Assembly: GCA_964291625.2 (NCBI GenBank)
Contig: OZ220089.1
Location: 1,984,001-2,048,000, forward strand
Length of the DNA: 64,000 nt
Source of the DNA: Candidatus Latescibacterota bacterium
GTDB lineage: Bacteria; Latescibacterota; UBA2968; UBA8231
Direction of reading: 5' to 3'
Below the pieces are notes generated by a model. The model was not told the DNA's origin. It did no database searches and worked only from the letters and a program-made list of their open reading frames with translations. The position numbers and the translations under genes are program-made. Positions 51,198-62,350 of this stretch are shown piece by piece. The first letter of the stretch is position 1, and each line of letters opens with the position of its first letter.

Positions 51198-51729
51198 TCA
51201 GGCGCCGTCCAGCAGCGCCTCCACCTCGGCGGCGAGTACCTCGTAGGGGTCGAGGCCGCGGCCGGGAACCCCTTGATACAGCTTCACCAGCCGGCCTTCC
51301 CGGTCGATCACCGCCGTCGTCGGCACGTACATCAGAAACGGCGCCGAGCCGGCGTACTCCCTGGCCACCTTCTGCTCCGCATCCAGGTAGATCGGGTAGT
51401 TGATCTCGAAGCTGGAGACGAACCGCTCGATGACGGGCACGATCTGCTCTACCGGTCCGCGGTCGATGGAGATGCCGACGACAGCCACCTCCTCGAAGTC
51501 CCGCCGCAGCCGGACGAGAGCGGGGATCTCGATGCGGCAGGGCCCACACCAGGTGGCCCAGAAGTTGAGGACCACCACCCGGCCCTCGTAGTGCGTCAAG
51601 GTCGAATCCCTCCACCCCGCCCACGAAGCCGGACTCCGCCTCGGCCCCGCCCTCCGGACCGCCCCCGGTGCAGGCCCAGGCGGCCAGGACCAGGACCGCC
51701 AGCCCCATGCGGAAGACCCGGAGTCGCAC
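51198..51729 (-). pseudogene. TlpA/ResA-family thiol-disulfide oxidoreductase lipoprotein with a frameshift near 51600 (real or sequencing error)
   Basis: Lipoprotein leader (LAVLVLAAWAC...GFDL) is in one frame and THYEGRVVVLNFWATWCGPC in the +1 frame. One extra base at GAC-CTTG-ACG. Confidence 0.75.
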
Positions 51730-51731
51730 TC

Positions 51732-54700
51732 TCAGGCGCGCTGCCCCGCCTGGGGCGGCATGGCCGTGATCCGCGCCCGCTCCAGCCCGGCGAGGCGGCC
51801 CATGGCCTGCAGCAGCTCGTCCGTCGGGCTCACGCGGAGGCTGCGGGAGCGGACGGCGGGCTCGCGGCCCCCCGGAGCGGCAGGGGCGCCCCTCAGGTGG
51901 ACGACGAGGTCGCACTTCCCCCGGTGCTCGCCGCACAACCGGCGCAGATCGGCCAGCAACTGGTCCGAAACCGCCTCGTACGGGAGGTCGACATTCACCG
52001 AGCGCGTCAGCCGCTCCCGGCCCTGGTCCATCGGCGCGGCACCCTCGGCCTGCACCGTCATGACCCCGTTGCGGCGGTTGAGACGGCCCTCGACCAGGAC
52101 CACCGCGTCCTGCACGACCAGGTCCCGGCATCTGTCGTAGGCGTCGGAGAAGAACACGACCTCGGCCTTGCCCGAGAGGTCCTCGAGGGTGACGAAGGCC
52201 ATCGCCTTCCCGCGGCGGTCGCTCGAAGGGCTGACGCGGCTGACAAGACCGCCGACACGCACCGTATCCCCGTCCTGACGGCCGTCGATCTCCAGCAGGG
52301 ATGTGGCGAAGTAGGCCAGATCCTTCTCGAAGCGGCTCAGAGGATGGCTGGAGACGTAGAACCCGAGCAGCTCCTTCTCGTTGGAGAGCCGCTCCGTCTC
52401 GGTCCACTCCGGAACGTCCGGCAGCGCCGGCTGGTGCTCCATCTCCAGCGCCGAGTCGCCGCCGAAGAGGCTGATCTGGCCGCGGCGGCGCTCGTCCTGC
52501 ACCGACTGGGCGTGGCGCATGGCCCGCTCCAGGGCCTCGAGCAGCTGCGCCCGGTGCCCGCCGAGGCTGTCGCAGGCGCCGGCGGCGACCAGGCTCTCCA
52601 CCACGCGCCGGTTGACGGCGCCCAGGTCGAGACGCTCGCAGAACTCGTAGAGGTCCCTCGAAGGACCGTGCTCCTCGCGTCCGGCGACGATCGACCCGGC
52701 GGCGGCGGCGCCGACGTTCTTGATCGCCGCCAGGCCGAAGCGGATCCCGGCGCCGGTGGGGACGAAGTTGACGGCGCTCTCGTTGACATCGGGCGGCAGC
52801 ACCGGGATCTCCATGCGCCGGCACTCGTCGAGGAGAACGGTGAGCCGGTCGGTGTTGTTGCGGTCCGTGGTCAGGCTCGCCGCCATGTACTCCCTGGGGT
52901 AGTGGGCCTTGAGGTAGGCGTTCCGGTAGGCCACCTCCGAGTAGCTGGCGGAGTGGGACTTGTTGAAGCCGTACCCCGAGAACACCTCGATGTCGGACCA
53001 GATCTTCTCCGCCGTCTTGCGGTCGACGCCCTTGCCAGCCGCTCCCTCGGCGAAGTCCTGTCTGTACTTCTCCATCACCTCTGGACGCTTCTGACCCATG
53101 GCTTTGCGGATGCCGTCCGCCTGGCCCAGGGTGAAGCCCGAAAGGTCGCGGCAGATGCGCTGCACCTGCTCCTGGTAGGTGATGATGCCGTACGTCTCCT
53201 TCAGGATCGGCTCGAGGATGGGGTGGTCGTACTCGATCTCCTCGGCGCCCTGGTGGCGGGCGATATAGGCGGGGATGCGCTGCATCGGACCCGGCCGGTA
53301 GAGGGCGTTCATGGCGATCACGTCCTCGATCCTGTCCGGCTTGAGCTGGCGCAGGTGGTCGCGCATGCCCGGGCTCTCGAACTGGAAGACGCCCACCGTC
53401 TCGCCGCGGCTGAAGAGCTCGAAGGTGGGGCCGTCGTTCCAGGGGACGGCCCCGAGGTCGAAGCCGGACTCCCGCTGGCGGATCAGGCGCACGGCCTCGT
53501 CCATCAGGGAGAGCTCCTTCAGCCCCAGGATGTCCATCTTCAGCAGGCCCACGTCCTTGCACGTGTCGCCGTCGAACTGGGTGGTGACGGTGCCGTCCTT
53601 CGGCGCCCGGTAGAGGGGCACGTAGTCGGTCAGGCGGGAGGGTGCGATGATCACCGCGCAGGCGTGGACCGAGGCGTGGCGCGCCAGGCCCTCGAGCTTG
53701 CGGGAGTACTCGATCAGCTGTCCCGGCTCGCCCTCGGCCTCGGCCATCTGCTTCAGCTCGGGTTCCCGCTTGATGGCCTCGTCGAGGGTGATCTTCAGCT
53801 CCCCCGGGATCAGCTTGGCGATGCGGTCCACCTCGCCGAAGGGCATGCCCAGGACCCGGCCCACGTCGCGCACCACCGCCTTGGCCCCCATGGTGCCGAA
53901 GGTGATCACCTGCGAGACGTTCTCCTCGCCGTACTTCTCGACCACGTAGCGCACGACCTTGTCCCGGCCCGTGTCGGCGAAGTCGATGTCGATGTCGGGC
54001 GGCTCGATGCGCTCGGGGTTGAGGAAGCGCTCGAAGAGCAGGTCGTGGCGGATCGGGTCGGTGTCGGTGATGCCGAGGCAGTAGGAGACCAGGCAGCCGG
54101 CCGCCGACCCGCGCCCGGGGCCGACGGTGACGCCGCTCTCGCGGGCGTGGTGCACGAAGTCCCAGACGATCAGGAAGTAGCTGGAGAAGCCCTCCTTGGT
54201 GATCACCTCCATCTCGTAGTCGAGGCGCTGCTGGACCTCGGGAACGACCTCCGGGTAGCGCCGTCCGAGACCGTCCTGGGCGAGCTGGCGCAGGTACTCG
54301 TCGGCCGACGCGAAGTCGGAGGGAATCGGAAAGACGGGCATGAGGGAGCGGTCGAAGTCCAGCTCCACCCGGCACTTCTCGGCGATGGCGAGGGTGTTCT
54401 CGACCGCCGCGGGCAGGTCCGCGAAGAGCTCCTGCATCTCCCCCGGGCTCTTCATGTAGAGATCGGAGGGGTAGCACATCCTCTCGGGATCGGACAGGTT
54501 CTTTCCCGTCTGGATGCACACCAGGGCGTCGTGGGCGGCGTGGTCGTCGGCGCGCAGGAAGTGGAAGTCGTTCGTGGCCACCAGCGGCACCCCGAGCTTG
54601 CGGTGCAGGTGCAGGAGTCCGTCGTTGACCTTGGCCTCGGCCTCGATCCCGTGCCGCTGGATCTCCAGGTAGTAGTCGTCCCCGAAGATCTCCATGTACT

Positions 54701-55193
54701 CCCGCGCCGCGGCCTCGGCCTGATCCACCCCTTCCTCCTGGATCAGGTGGGCCACCTCTCCCGAGACGCAGGCGGACATGCAGACCAGCCCCTCGCCGTG
54801 CTGCCGCAGGAGCTGCTTGTCGACGCGCGGGTTGTAGTAGAACCCCTCGGTGTACCCCTTGGAGACGAGCTGGATCAGGTTCTGCCAGCCCGCGGCGTCC
54901 TTGGCGAGCAGGATGAGATGGTTGGAGCCGTGGGCCAGGCCGCGGGCGCCGGTGCGGTCGTGGCGGCTGCCGATGGCCACGTAGACCTCGCACCCGAAGA
55001 TCGGCCGGATGCCGGCGTCGGTGCAGGCCCGGTGGTGGGCGATGGCGCCGAAGAGGTTGCCGTGGTCGGTGACGGCCAGGGCGGGCATGCCGGCCTCGGC
55101 GGCGGCGGCCGCCATGGCGTCGATGGCGCAGCCGCCGTCGAGGAGGCTGTACTCGCTGTGTCCGTGGAGGTGGACGAACTCGGCGCTGGCCAT
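51732..55193 (-). CDS. dnaE: DNA polymerase III alpha subunit
   Basis: FVHLHGHSEYSLLDG, GPGRGSAAG, FERFLNPER..PPDIDID, GLLKMDILG, YGFNKSH. No intein. Confidence 0.97.
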   Translation of the reverse strand: MASAEFVHLHGHSEYSLLDGGCAIDAMAAAAAEAGMPALAVTDHGNLFGAIAHHRACTDAGIRPIFGCEVYVAIGSRHDRTGARGLAHGSNHLILLAKDAAGWQNLIQLVSKGYTEGFYYNPRVDKQLLRQHGEGLVCMSACVSGEVAHLIQEEGVDQAEAAAREYMEIFGDDYYLEIQRHGIEAEAKVNDGLLHLHRKLGVPLVATNDFHFLRADDHAAHDALVCIQTGKNLSDPERMCYPSDLYMKSPGEMQELFADLPAAVENTLAIAEKCRVELDFDRSLMPVFPIPSDFASADEYLRQLAQDGLGRRYPEVVPEVQQRLDYEMEVITKEGFSSYFLIVWDFVHHARESGVTVGPGRGSAAGCLVSYCLGITDTDPIRHDLLFERFLNPERIEPPDIDIDFADTGRDKVVRYVVEKYGEENVSQVITFGTMGAKAVVRDVGRVLGMPFGEVDRIAKLIPGELKITLDEAIKREPELKQMAEAEGEPGQLIEYSRKLEGLARHASVHACAVIIAPSRLTDYVPLYRAPKDGTVTTQFDGDTCKDVGLLKMDILGLKELSLMDEAVRLIRQRESGFDLGAVPWNDGPTFELFSRGETVGVFQFESPGMRDHLRQLKPDRIEDVIAMNALYRPGPMQRIPAYIARHQGAEEIEYDHPILEPILKETYGIITYQEQVQRICRDLSGFTLGQADGIRKAMGQKRPEVMEKYRQDFAEGAAGKGVDRKTAEKIWSDIEVFSGYGFNKSHSASYSEVAYRNAYLKAHYPREYMAASLTTDRNNTDRLTVLLDECRRMEIPVLPPDVNESAVNFVPTGAGIRFGLAAIKNVGAAAAGSIVAGREEHGPSRDLYEFCERLDLGAVNRRVVESLVAAGACDSLGGHRAQLLEALERAMRHAQSVQDERRRGQISLFGGDSALEMEHQPALPDVPEWTETERLSNEKELLGFYVSSHPLSRFEKDLAYFATSLLEIDGRQDGDTVRVGGLVSRVSPSSDRRGKAMAFVTLEDLSGKAEVVFFSDAYDRCRDLVVQDAVVLVEGRLNRRNGVMTVQAEGAAPMDQGRERLTRSVNVDLPYEAVSDQLLADLRRLCGEHRGKCDLVVHLRGAPAAPGGREPAVRSRSLRVSPTDELLQAMGRLAGLERARITAMPPQAGQRA

Positions 55194-55345
55194 TGGCTCC
55201 CGGGCCGCCGTGGGGGGCGGCCGGTGACGTGTGAGGGGATGCCCAAGGCAACCTATCGGGGGGGCGGAAGGCCGTCAATCGCCGGCGTTGCCGCGGCGAG
55301 AGAGGGAGTTTCTATTACCGACTCCAGAGCCGGAGGAGGCCAATC

Positions 55346-56302
55346 GTGCGCATGCTGATCACCGGGGGGGCGGGATTCATCGGGTCCCATCTTTGCGACC
55401 GGTTCCTCGAGGAGGGCCACCGGGTGGTGGTCATGGACAATCTGCTCACCGGCCGTATCGAGAACCTCCAGGCCCACAGGAACAACCCCGACTTCGAGTT
55501 CATCCACTACGACGTGACCGGGTACCTCCACGTCGACGGCCCTCTCGACTTCATCCTCCACTTCGCCAGCCCCGCCAGTCCCGCCGACTTCGAACGCCTC
55601 GGGATCCAGATCCTCAAGGTGGGCGCCCTGGGGACCCACAAGACCCTGGGACTCGCGCGCGCCAAGGACGCCCGGTTCCTCCTCGCCTCCACCTCCGAGG
55701 TCTACGGCGACCCCCTCGTGCACCCCCAGGGCGAGGACTACCGGGGCAACGTCAATCCCGTCGGCATCCGCGGGGTCTACGACGAGGCCAAGCGCTTCGC
55801 CGAATCGATGGCCATGGCCTACAACAGGTCCCACGGGGTCGACACGCGCATCGCCCGGATCTTCAACACCTACGGCCCGCGCATGCGCCACGACGACGGC
55901 CGCGCCATTCCCAACTTCATCACCCAGGCCCTGGCCGGCGACGACGTGACCGTCTACGGCGACGGCCGCCAGACGCGCAGCATCGGCTACGTGAGCGACC
56001 TCGTGGACGGCATCTGCCGTCTCATGCATTCCGACGTGACCACCCCCGTCAACCTCGGCAACCCCTCCGAGCTGACCATGGAGGTCCTGGCGAGGAGGAT
56101 CATCGAGCTCACGGGAAGCCGCAGCCGAGTGGAGTTTCTGCCCCTCCCCGAGGACGACCCCAAGGTGCGCCTGCCCGACATCACCAGGGCGCGCGACCTG
56201 CTCGGATGGGAGCCGAGGGTTGATCCGGACGAGGGGCTCCGCCGGACGGTGGAGTGGTTCCGGCGAACCCCGCCGCCGCCAGGGCCGGAAGATGACCGTT
56301 GA
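55346..56302 (+). CDS. UDP-glucuronate decarboxylase-family SDR
   Basis: [44 protein letters not shown]. Confidence 0.92.
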   Translation: MRMLITGGAGFIGSHLCDRFLEEGHRVVVMDNLLTGRIENLQAHRNNPDFEFIHYDVTGYLHVDGPLDFILHFASPASPADFERLGIQILKVGALGTHKTLGLARAKDARFLLASTSEVYGDPLVHPQGEDYRGNVNPVGIRGVYDEAKRFAESMAMAYNRSHGVDTRIARIFNTYGPRMRHDDGRAIPNFITQALAGDDVTVYGDGRQTRSIGYVSDLVDGICRLMHSDVTTPVNLGNPSELTMEVLARRIIELTGSRSRVEFLPLPEDDPKVRLPDITRARDLLGWEPRVDPDEGLRRTVEWFRRTPPPPGPEDDR

Positions 56303-57776
56303 CCGCGCCGCTCCGGAGGCCGTCCAGCGGCCGGGGTCCACCACCGCCGCGGGGGCCCTCACCCTCGCCTTGGGGCTGGCCGCCTGCACCTCGGCGCCGC
56401 CCTTCGATCCCGCTCTTCCCGTGGCCGTCACCCCCCCGGTCTGGACCGCCGGCGGGGACGGCCCCTCGGCGGCCGACACCCTGCAGGCGCCGTGGTGGAG
56501 CGGTCTGGACGACCCCAACCTCGGGGCCCTCATCGCCGAAGCCCTGGCGTACAACCAGGATCTGGCCGTTGCCTCCGCCCGGGTGGAACTCGCCGTTGCC
56601 CGGACGCGCATCGCCGGAGCCGGGCGCTGGCCGCAGGCAGGCGTCGACGGCCATGCCAACCGCTCGCGCCGCAACTTCCCCGGCTTCCCCGCCTTCCCGG
56701 GCCTGTCCGGCGAGCTGCCGGCCCTGACCACCAGCACCTTCGACGCCGCCTTCAGCGCCAGCTGGGAGGCCGATCTCTGGGGCCGGCTGCGGGCCGACCA
56801 GGCAGCAGCCCTCGCCGAGGCGCAGGCCACCCGCTTCGACCTCGCCGGGGCCCGCCTCTCCCTGGAGTCCATGATCGTGCGCGCCTACGCGGCGGCCGCC
56901 GAGGCTCGCAGCCAGGCCCACCTGGCCGAGGCCACGGCCGGCAACCGGCAGCGAGTGAGGGAGCGCATCGAAGACAGGTACGACCTCGGCCTGCGGACCT
57001 CCCTCGACCTGCGCCTGGCGCGCGCGGAGGCCGCCGGCGCCCGCGCCGCCCTGGCCGAGCGCAGGCTCCAGCTCGACGCCGCCACGCGCCGGCTCGAGGT
57101 GCTCCTCGGGCGCTACCCGGCCGCCGAGCTCGCCGTCGCCGAGGCGCCCCCCGCGGTGACCGGACTCGTGCCTGCGGGACTGCCCGCCGACCTGGTCCGC
57201 CGGCGCCCGGACCTGGCGGCCGCCGAGCGCCGCCTGGCGTCGGCCGATCAGCGCCTGGCGTCGGCCCGCCGGGCCCTCCTGCCCGGCATCCGGCTGACCG
57301 GCGGCGGCGGCCGCTCCAGCGAGGAGCTGGCCGACCTGCTCGATGGCGACTTCTCGGTCTGGAGCCTGGCGGCCAACCTGACCATGCCCCTCTTCCAGGG
57401 GGGCCGGCTGCGGGCCCGGGCGGCGGCGGCCGAAGCCGACCGCGAGGCGCTGACGGCCGCCTACGCCGGCCTGGTGCTGAGCGCCTTCGCCGAGGTCGAG
57501 GGGGCCCTGGCGGCCGAAGCCGCCCTGGCCGAGCGGGAGGCGGCCCTGGTGGAGACGGCGGACCAGGCCTCGGCGGCGGAGTCCCTGGCCGACGGCCGCT
57601 ACCGCCGGGGCCTGGTCGGCCTCATCACCCTCCTCGACGCCCAGCGCCGGGCCTTGGAAGCGCACAGCCGGCTGCTCACCACGCGGCGCCGGCGCGTCGA
57701 CGCCCGCGTCGACCTCCACGTCGCCCTGGGCGGCGGGTTCACCCGTCCCGCCGCCGGCGCCCCGACCGATGAGTAA
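56292..57776 (+). CDS. Outer-membrane efflux lipoprotein (TolC/OprM/NodT family)
   Basis: Lipobox LAAC, WW...[31 protein letters not shown]. Confidence 0.93.
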   Translation: MTVDRAAPEAVQRPGSTTAAGALTLALGLAACTSAPPFDPALPVAVTPPVWTAGGDGPSAADTLQAPWWSGLDDPNLGALIAEALAYNQDLAVASARVELAVARTRIAGAGRWPQAGVDGHANRSRRNFPGFPAFPGLSGELPALTTSTFDAAFSASWEADLWGRLRADQAAALAEAQATRFDLAGARLSLESMIVRAYAAAAEARSQAHLAEATAGNRQRVRERIEDRYDLGLRTSLDLRLARAEAAGARAALAERRLQLDAATRRLEVLLGRYPAAELAVAEAPPAVTGLVPAGLPADLVRRRPDLAAAERRLASADQRLASARRALLPGIRLTGGGGRSSEELADLLDGDFSVWSLAANLTMPLFQGGRLRARAAAAEADREALTAAYAGLVLSAFAEVEGALAAEAALAEREAALVETADQASAAESLADGRYRRGLVGLITLLDAQRRALEAHSRLLTTRRRRVDARVDLHVALGGGFTRPAAGAPTDE

Positions 57777-58983
57777 GCCCATGCGGTTCCTCCTGCCGGT
57801 GGCGATCCTGGCCGCCGGCGTGGTCCTCTTCGTGGTCCTCCTGCGCTTGCGCTCGCCGCCCCCCCGGGAGGAGCCCGTCCACCGAGCTCCACTGGTCGAG
57901 ACCGTCCAGGCGCCGCCGTCGACCGCCCGCGTCGTCGTCCGCGGCCAGGGGACGGTCCGCCCCGACCGGGAGATCGACCTCGTGCCCCAGGTTGGCGGCC
58001 GCATCGTCTGGATCTCCGAGCAGATGGAGACCGGCGGCTTCTTCTCCGCCGGCCAGGAGCTGGCCCGCATCGACCCGGAGGACTTCGCCCTCGCCCTGGA
58101 CCAGGCCGATGCCGAGGTGGCCCGGGCCCTCTACCAGCTCGAGATCGCCCGGGGCGAGGCCGAGGTGGCCGCCGAGGAGTGGGAGAGGCTGCGCGCCGGC
58201 GGCGGCTCCGAGCCCTCCGACCTGGCCCTGCACATCCCCCAGGTGAGGTTGGCCGAGGCGACGCTGAAGGCGGCGAGGGCGCGCCGCCAGGAGGCGCGGC
58301 TGCGCCTGGAGCGGACCCGCCTGCGGGCCCCCTTCGCCGGACGCGTCCGCTCCACCGATCTCGACCTGGGCCAGTACGTCTCTCCCGGACGGGGGGTGGC
58401 CCGTCTCTACGGCATCGAACGGGCCGAGGTCCCGGTCCCCGTACCCGACGAGGAGCTGGCCTGGATCGACGTCCCCTCGCCCCCGGTCCCGCCGCGCCCG
58501 TCCCCGGCCGCCGACGTGCCCCCCCCGGAGCTCCCCCATGAGGCCGGCCCCGGGCAGGTGCTGCTGCGGGCGCGCCACGCCGGGCGCGACCACACCTGGA
58601 AGGGGCGGGTGGTCCGCACCGAGGGGCAGGTCGACCCCCGCAGCCGCATGATCAACCTCATCGTCGAGGTCGACGCCCCCTACGACCCCCGGGACTCCGC
58701 CACGGCGCCGCTCATGATCGGTCTCTTCGTCGAGGTGGAGATCCAGGGACGCCCGCTGACGGCGGTGCGCACCATCCCGCGGCGGGCCCTGCACGACGGC
58801 GGAGAGGTCTGGCTCGCCGAGGACGGCCGGCTGCGGCAGCAGCCCGTGGAGGTGGTCCACCTCGGCCGCGAGGAGGCCCTCGTGCGCTTCGACGCCGCCC
58901 CCGGCGCCAGGGTGATCACTTCTCAGCTCAGGGGTGTCACCGACGGCATGGCGGTGGCCCCCCACCGGGCGGAGGCGCCGTGA
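57769..58983 (+). CDS. RND periplasmic adaptor (membrane fusion protein)
   Basis: GTVRP...PQVGGRI, RTRLRAPFAG, G.VDPRSR, GLFVEVEI. Confidence 0.92.
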   Translation: MSKPMRFLLPVAILAAGVVLFVVLLRLRSPPPREEPVHRAPLVETVQAPPSTARVVVRGQGTVRPDREIDLVPQVGGRIVWISEQMETGGFFSAGQELARIDPEDFALALDQADAEVARALYQLEIARGEAEVAAEEWERLRAGGGSEPSDLALHIPQVRLAEATLKAARARRQEARLRLERTRLRAPFAGRVRSTDLDLGQYVSPGRGVARLYGIERAEVPVPVPDEELAWIDVPSPPVPPRPSPAADVPPPELPHEAGPGQVLLRARHAGRDHTWKGRVVRTEGQVDPRSRMINLIVEVDAPYDPRDSATAPLMIGLFVEVEIQGRPLTAVRTIPRRALHDGGEVWLAEDGRLRQQPVEVVHLGREEALVRFDAAPGARVITSQLRGVTDGMAVAPHRAEAP

Positions 58984-61900
58984 AGCGATCCGTCGCGTGG
59001 ATGGCCCGCAACCACGTGGCCGCCAACCTGCTCATGGTCTTCGTCCTCCTCACCGGGGCCCTCGGTGTGCTGCGCATGAAGAAGGAGACCTTTCCGGAGA
59101 TCGACCTCGACCGCATCCGCATCCAGGTCCCCTATCCAGGGGCCAGCCCGGAGGACGTGGAGGCCGGCGTCGTGCGCCGCATCGAGGAACGCATCACCGG
59201 CCTGGAGGGGATCCGCCGGATCAGCTCCACCTCCGCCGAGGGCATGGCGGCGGTCACCGTCGAGCTCGAGCTGGGCGCCGACATGGAGAGGGTTGTCGAC
59301 GACGTCCGCGGCACCATCGACCGCATCGACACCTTTCCGGCCGAGACCGAGAAAGCGGTCATCAAGGAGCTGGTGCGGCGCACCCGCGTCATCGACGTCG
59401 TCCTCTACGGCGAAGTGCCGGAGCGCGCCCTGAAGGCCGCCGCCGAGGGCGTGCGCGACGATCTGCGCGTCTCCGGCGAGGTCTCCCAGGTGGAGCTGGT
59501 GGGCGTGCGCACCGACGAGATCGCCATCGAGGTCCCCGCGGCGGCCCTGCAGCGTCACGGGCTCACCCTCGGCGCGGTGGCCGACGCCGTGCGGCGCACC
59601 AGCCTCGACCTGCCCGGCGGCAGCGTCAAGGGAGAACGGGGCGAGGTGCTCGTGCGCACCAAGGGCCTGCTCTACGACGGACGCGACTACGACGGCGTCG
59701 TCGTCCAGACACGGCCCGACGGAACGTCGCTGACCGTGGGCCACATCGGGCGCGTGGTCGACGGCTTCGAGGACAGCGATCTGATCTGCCGGTTCCAGGG
59801 ACGGCCGGCGGCCGTGGTCGGCGTCTACCGCACCGGCGACGAGAGCGCCCTCGAGATCTCCAGGCACGTCAAGGAGTACGTCGAGGACCGGCAGGGAAGC
59901 CTTCCGGCCGGCATCGACATCAGCTACGTCCGCGACGACGCGCGGCTCCTGCGCAGCCGGCTGGACCTGCTGCTGCGCAACGCCCAGCTCGGCCTGGCGC
60001 TGGTCTTCGTCTGCCTGAGCCTCTTCCTGGACATGCGCCTGGCCTTCTGGGTGATGATGGGCATCCCCATCTCCTTCCTGGGCAGCTTCCTGCTCATCGA
60101 GCCTTTGGACGTGTCGATCAACATGCTCTCCCTCTTCGCCTTCATCCTCGCCCTCGGCATCGTCGTCGACGACGCCGTCGTGGTGGGCGAGAACATCTTC
60201 TCCCACCGCGAACTCGGGAAGGGCCTGGTGCAGGCCGCCGTGGACGGCACCCTGGAAGTCGGCAAACCGGTGGTCTTCACCATCCTGACCTCGGTGGCCG
60301 CCTTCCTCCCCCTCGCCTTCGTCGAGGGGAACATGGGCAAGTTCATCGCCGTCATCCCGGCGATCGTCATCTCCGTGCTCCTCCTCTCCCTGGTGGAGGC
60401 CCTCTACATCCTGCCCGCCCACCTCTCCACCGGGCCGGGCCTCCCCTCCCGCATCCTCGGTTCGGCCCTCGCGGCGCCCCTGCGGCTTCACCGGCGCGTC
60501 TCGGAGCGCGTCAACACCGGCCTGCGGTGGGTGATCGAGCGCTGCTACACCCCGGCGGTGCGGCGGGCCCTCGTCAGTCCCTTCGTCACCATCGCCACCG
60601 GTCTCTTCCTGTTGCTGGCCACCGCGGGGTTCATCGCCGGCGGCCACATCAAGTTCGTCTTCATGCCCGAGATCGACTCGGACTGGGTCACCATCGCCGT
60701 CGAGATGCCCCAGGGATCCACCGCCGGGCAGACGCGGGAGGTGGTGCGGCGCATCGAGACCGCGGCCATGGGAGTGCGCGACGAGATCGACGCCTCTCAG
60801 CCGGAGGAGCCGTCGATCTACCGCAACGTCTTCAGCATCATCGGAGACCAGCCCATGCTCCGGCGCACCGCCTTCGACGTCGCCGGCCGTCCGGGCGCCC
60901 AGGCGCACCTGGCGGAGATCACCATCGAGCTGCTGCCCGCCGAGCAGCGGCGCCTGCCCAGCACCGGGATCGTGACCCGCATCCGCTCGGCCGTCGGCCC
61001 CCTGCCCGGACCCGAGTCCGTGGTCTACCAGTCGAGCCTGTTCACCGTGGGCAACGCCATCGAGATCCAGCTCTCCGCCGACGACCTCGACCTGCTCGCG
61101 GCGGGGGCGGAGCGGCTGAAGGAGGAGATCGGCGGCTACCCGGGCACCGAGGAGGTCCGCGACAGCTTCCAGGAGGGCAAGCTCGAGATGCGCCTCGATC
61201 TCAAGCCCCGGGGCCGCGTCCTCGGCCTGACCATGGCCGACCTGGCGACCCAGGTGCGCCACGGGTTCTACGGCGCCGAGGCCCTGCGCCTGCAGCGAGG
61301 ACGCGACGACGCCCGCGTGGTAGTCCGCTATCCGGAGGCCGAGCGGCGCAACCCGGCCGACATCGAGGGCATGCGCGTTCGGACCCCGTCCGGCGGCGAG
61401 GTGCCCCTGCCCTATGTCGCCGACGTGAGCCTCGACTACGGGTACGCCACTCTCCAGCGCAGCGGCGGGCAGCGGGTGGTGACCGTCACCGCCGGCGTCG
61501 ACGCCGGCGCGGCCAATGCGGACGAGATCAACCGGGATCTCCAGGAGCGCTTCCTTCCCCTCCTGGCCCGGCAGTTCCCGGGACTGCGCTACAGCTACGA
61601 GGGGGAGCAGCGAGAGCAGGCCGAGTCCTTCGCCAGTCTCCGCCGCGGCTTCGTCGTCGCCCTGGTCGCCATCTACGCCCTGCTGGCCGTTCCCTTCCGG
61701 TCCTACACCCAGCCCCTGGTCGTCATGAGCGCCATCCCCTTCGGCATGATCGGGGCCGTCTGGGGCCACGTGCTGATGGGGCTCGACCTGGCGATGCTCA
61801 GCCTCTTCGGCGTCGTCGCCCTCTCCGGGGTGGTCGTCAACGACTCCCTGATCCTGCTCTCCTTCTACAACCAGTTGCGCGCCGACGGGCGCCCCCGGGA

Positions 61901-62177
61901 CGAGGCCCTCGTCGAGGCCGGACGCCAACGCTTCCGGCCGATCCTGCTGACCTCGGCCACGACCTTCTTCGCCCTGCTGCCCATGATCCTCGAGCGGAGC
62001 CTGCAGGCCCAGTTCCTGATCCCCATGGCGGTCAGCCTCGCCTTCGGGATCCTCTTCGCGACGGTGATCATCCTGATCGGGGTACCCGCCGGCATGAAGC
62101 TTCTGGAGCTCCTTCTCGAACGCTGGGCGGGCCTGCGCGGGCCCCCGGAAGAGGCCTCCCAGGCCACCGCGATGTGA
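58980..62177 (+). CDS. RND efflux permease
   Basis: WMARNHVAANLLM, YPGASPEDVE, GIVVDDAVVVGEN, GVVVNDS, RFRPILLTS. Confidence 0.95.
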   Translation: MKRSVAWMARNHVAANLLMVFVLLTGALGVLRMKKETFPEIDLDRIRIQVPYPGASPEDVEAGVVRRIEERITGLEGIRRISSTSAEGMAAVTVELELGADMERVVDDVRGTIDRIDTFPAETEKAVIKELVRRTRVIDVVLYGEVPERALKAAAEGVRDDLRVSGEVSQVELVGVRTDEIAIEVPAAALQRHGLTLGAVADAVRRTSLDLPGGSVKGERGEVLVRTKGLLYDGRDYDGVVVQTRPDGTSLTVGHIGRVVDGFEDSDLICRFQGRPAAVVGVYRTGDESALEISRHVKEYVEDRQGSLPAGIDISYVRDDARLLRSRLDLLLRNAQLGLALVFVCLSLFLDMRLAFWVMMGIPISFLGSFLLIEPLDVSINMLSLFAFILALGIVVDDAVVVGENIFSHRELGKGLVQAAVDGTLEVGKPVVFTILTSVAAFLPLAFVEGNMGKFIAVIPAIVISVLLLSLVEALYILPAHLSTGPGLPSRILGSALAAPLRLHRRVSERVNTGLRWVIERCYTPAVRRALVSPFVTIATGLFLLLATAGFIAGGHIKFVFMPEIDSDWVTIAVEMPQGSTAGQTREVVRRIETAAMGVRDEIDASQPEEPSIYRNVFSIIGDQPMLRRTAFDVAGRPGAQAHLAEITIELLPAEQRRLPSTGIVTRIRSAVGPLPGPESVVYQSSLFTVGNAIEIQLSADDLDLLAAGAERLKEEIGGYPGTEEVRDSFQEGKLEMRLDLKPRGRVLGLTMADLATQVRHGFYGAEALRLQRGRDDARVVVRYPEAERRNPADIEGMRVRTPSGGEVPLPYVADVSLDYGYATLQRSGGQRVVTVTAGVDAGAANADEINRDLQERFLPLLARQFPGLRYSYEGEQREQAESFASLRRGFVVALVAIYALLAVPFRSYTQPLVVMSAIPFGMIGAVWGHVLMGLDLAMLSLFGVVALSGVVVNDSLILLSFYNQLRADGRPRDEALVEAGRQRFRPILLTSATTFFALLPMILERSLQAQFLIPMAVSLAFGILFATVIILIGVPAGMKLLELLLERWAGLRGPPEEASQATAM

Positions 62178-62213
62178 GCCGGAAGGGGCGGGCCGGCGAG
62201 ACCTCCCGGCTTG

Positions 62214-62241
62214 TTGACAGGCGTACCCGGCCGGGTATCTT
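62214..62241 (+). promoter_or_regulatory. Sigma70-type promoter with overlapping palindrome
   Basis: TTGACA-16 nt-TATCTT. Palindrome TACCCGGCCGGGTA (62224-62237) overlaps the spacer and -10. Confidence 0.55.
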
Positions 62242-62350
62242 TCCCGCCCCTGCATCAATACCATAATGAGCCATCAAGCCGAGAGTCGCCGGTCCCGGCC
62301 CCCCCGATCCGCGGGCCGGCAGGCGACCCGGGAGACGAGGGAGCCGACTC

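Noticed and set aside
49983-55358. 1791-aa (+) and 1740-aa (-) giant ORFs
   Set aside because: These are antisense or alternate-frame shadows of dnaE, map and tlpA caused by high GC. They are R/P/G/A-rich with no motifs, apart from the TlpA leader segment.
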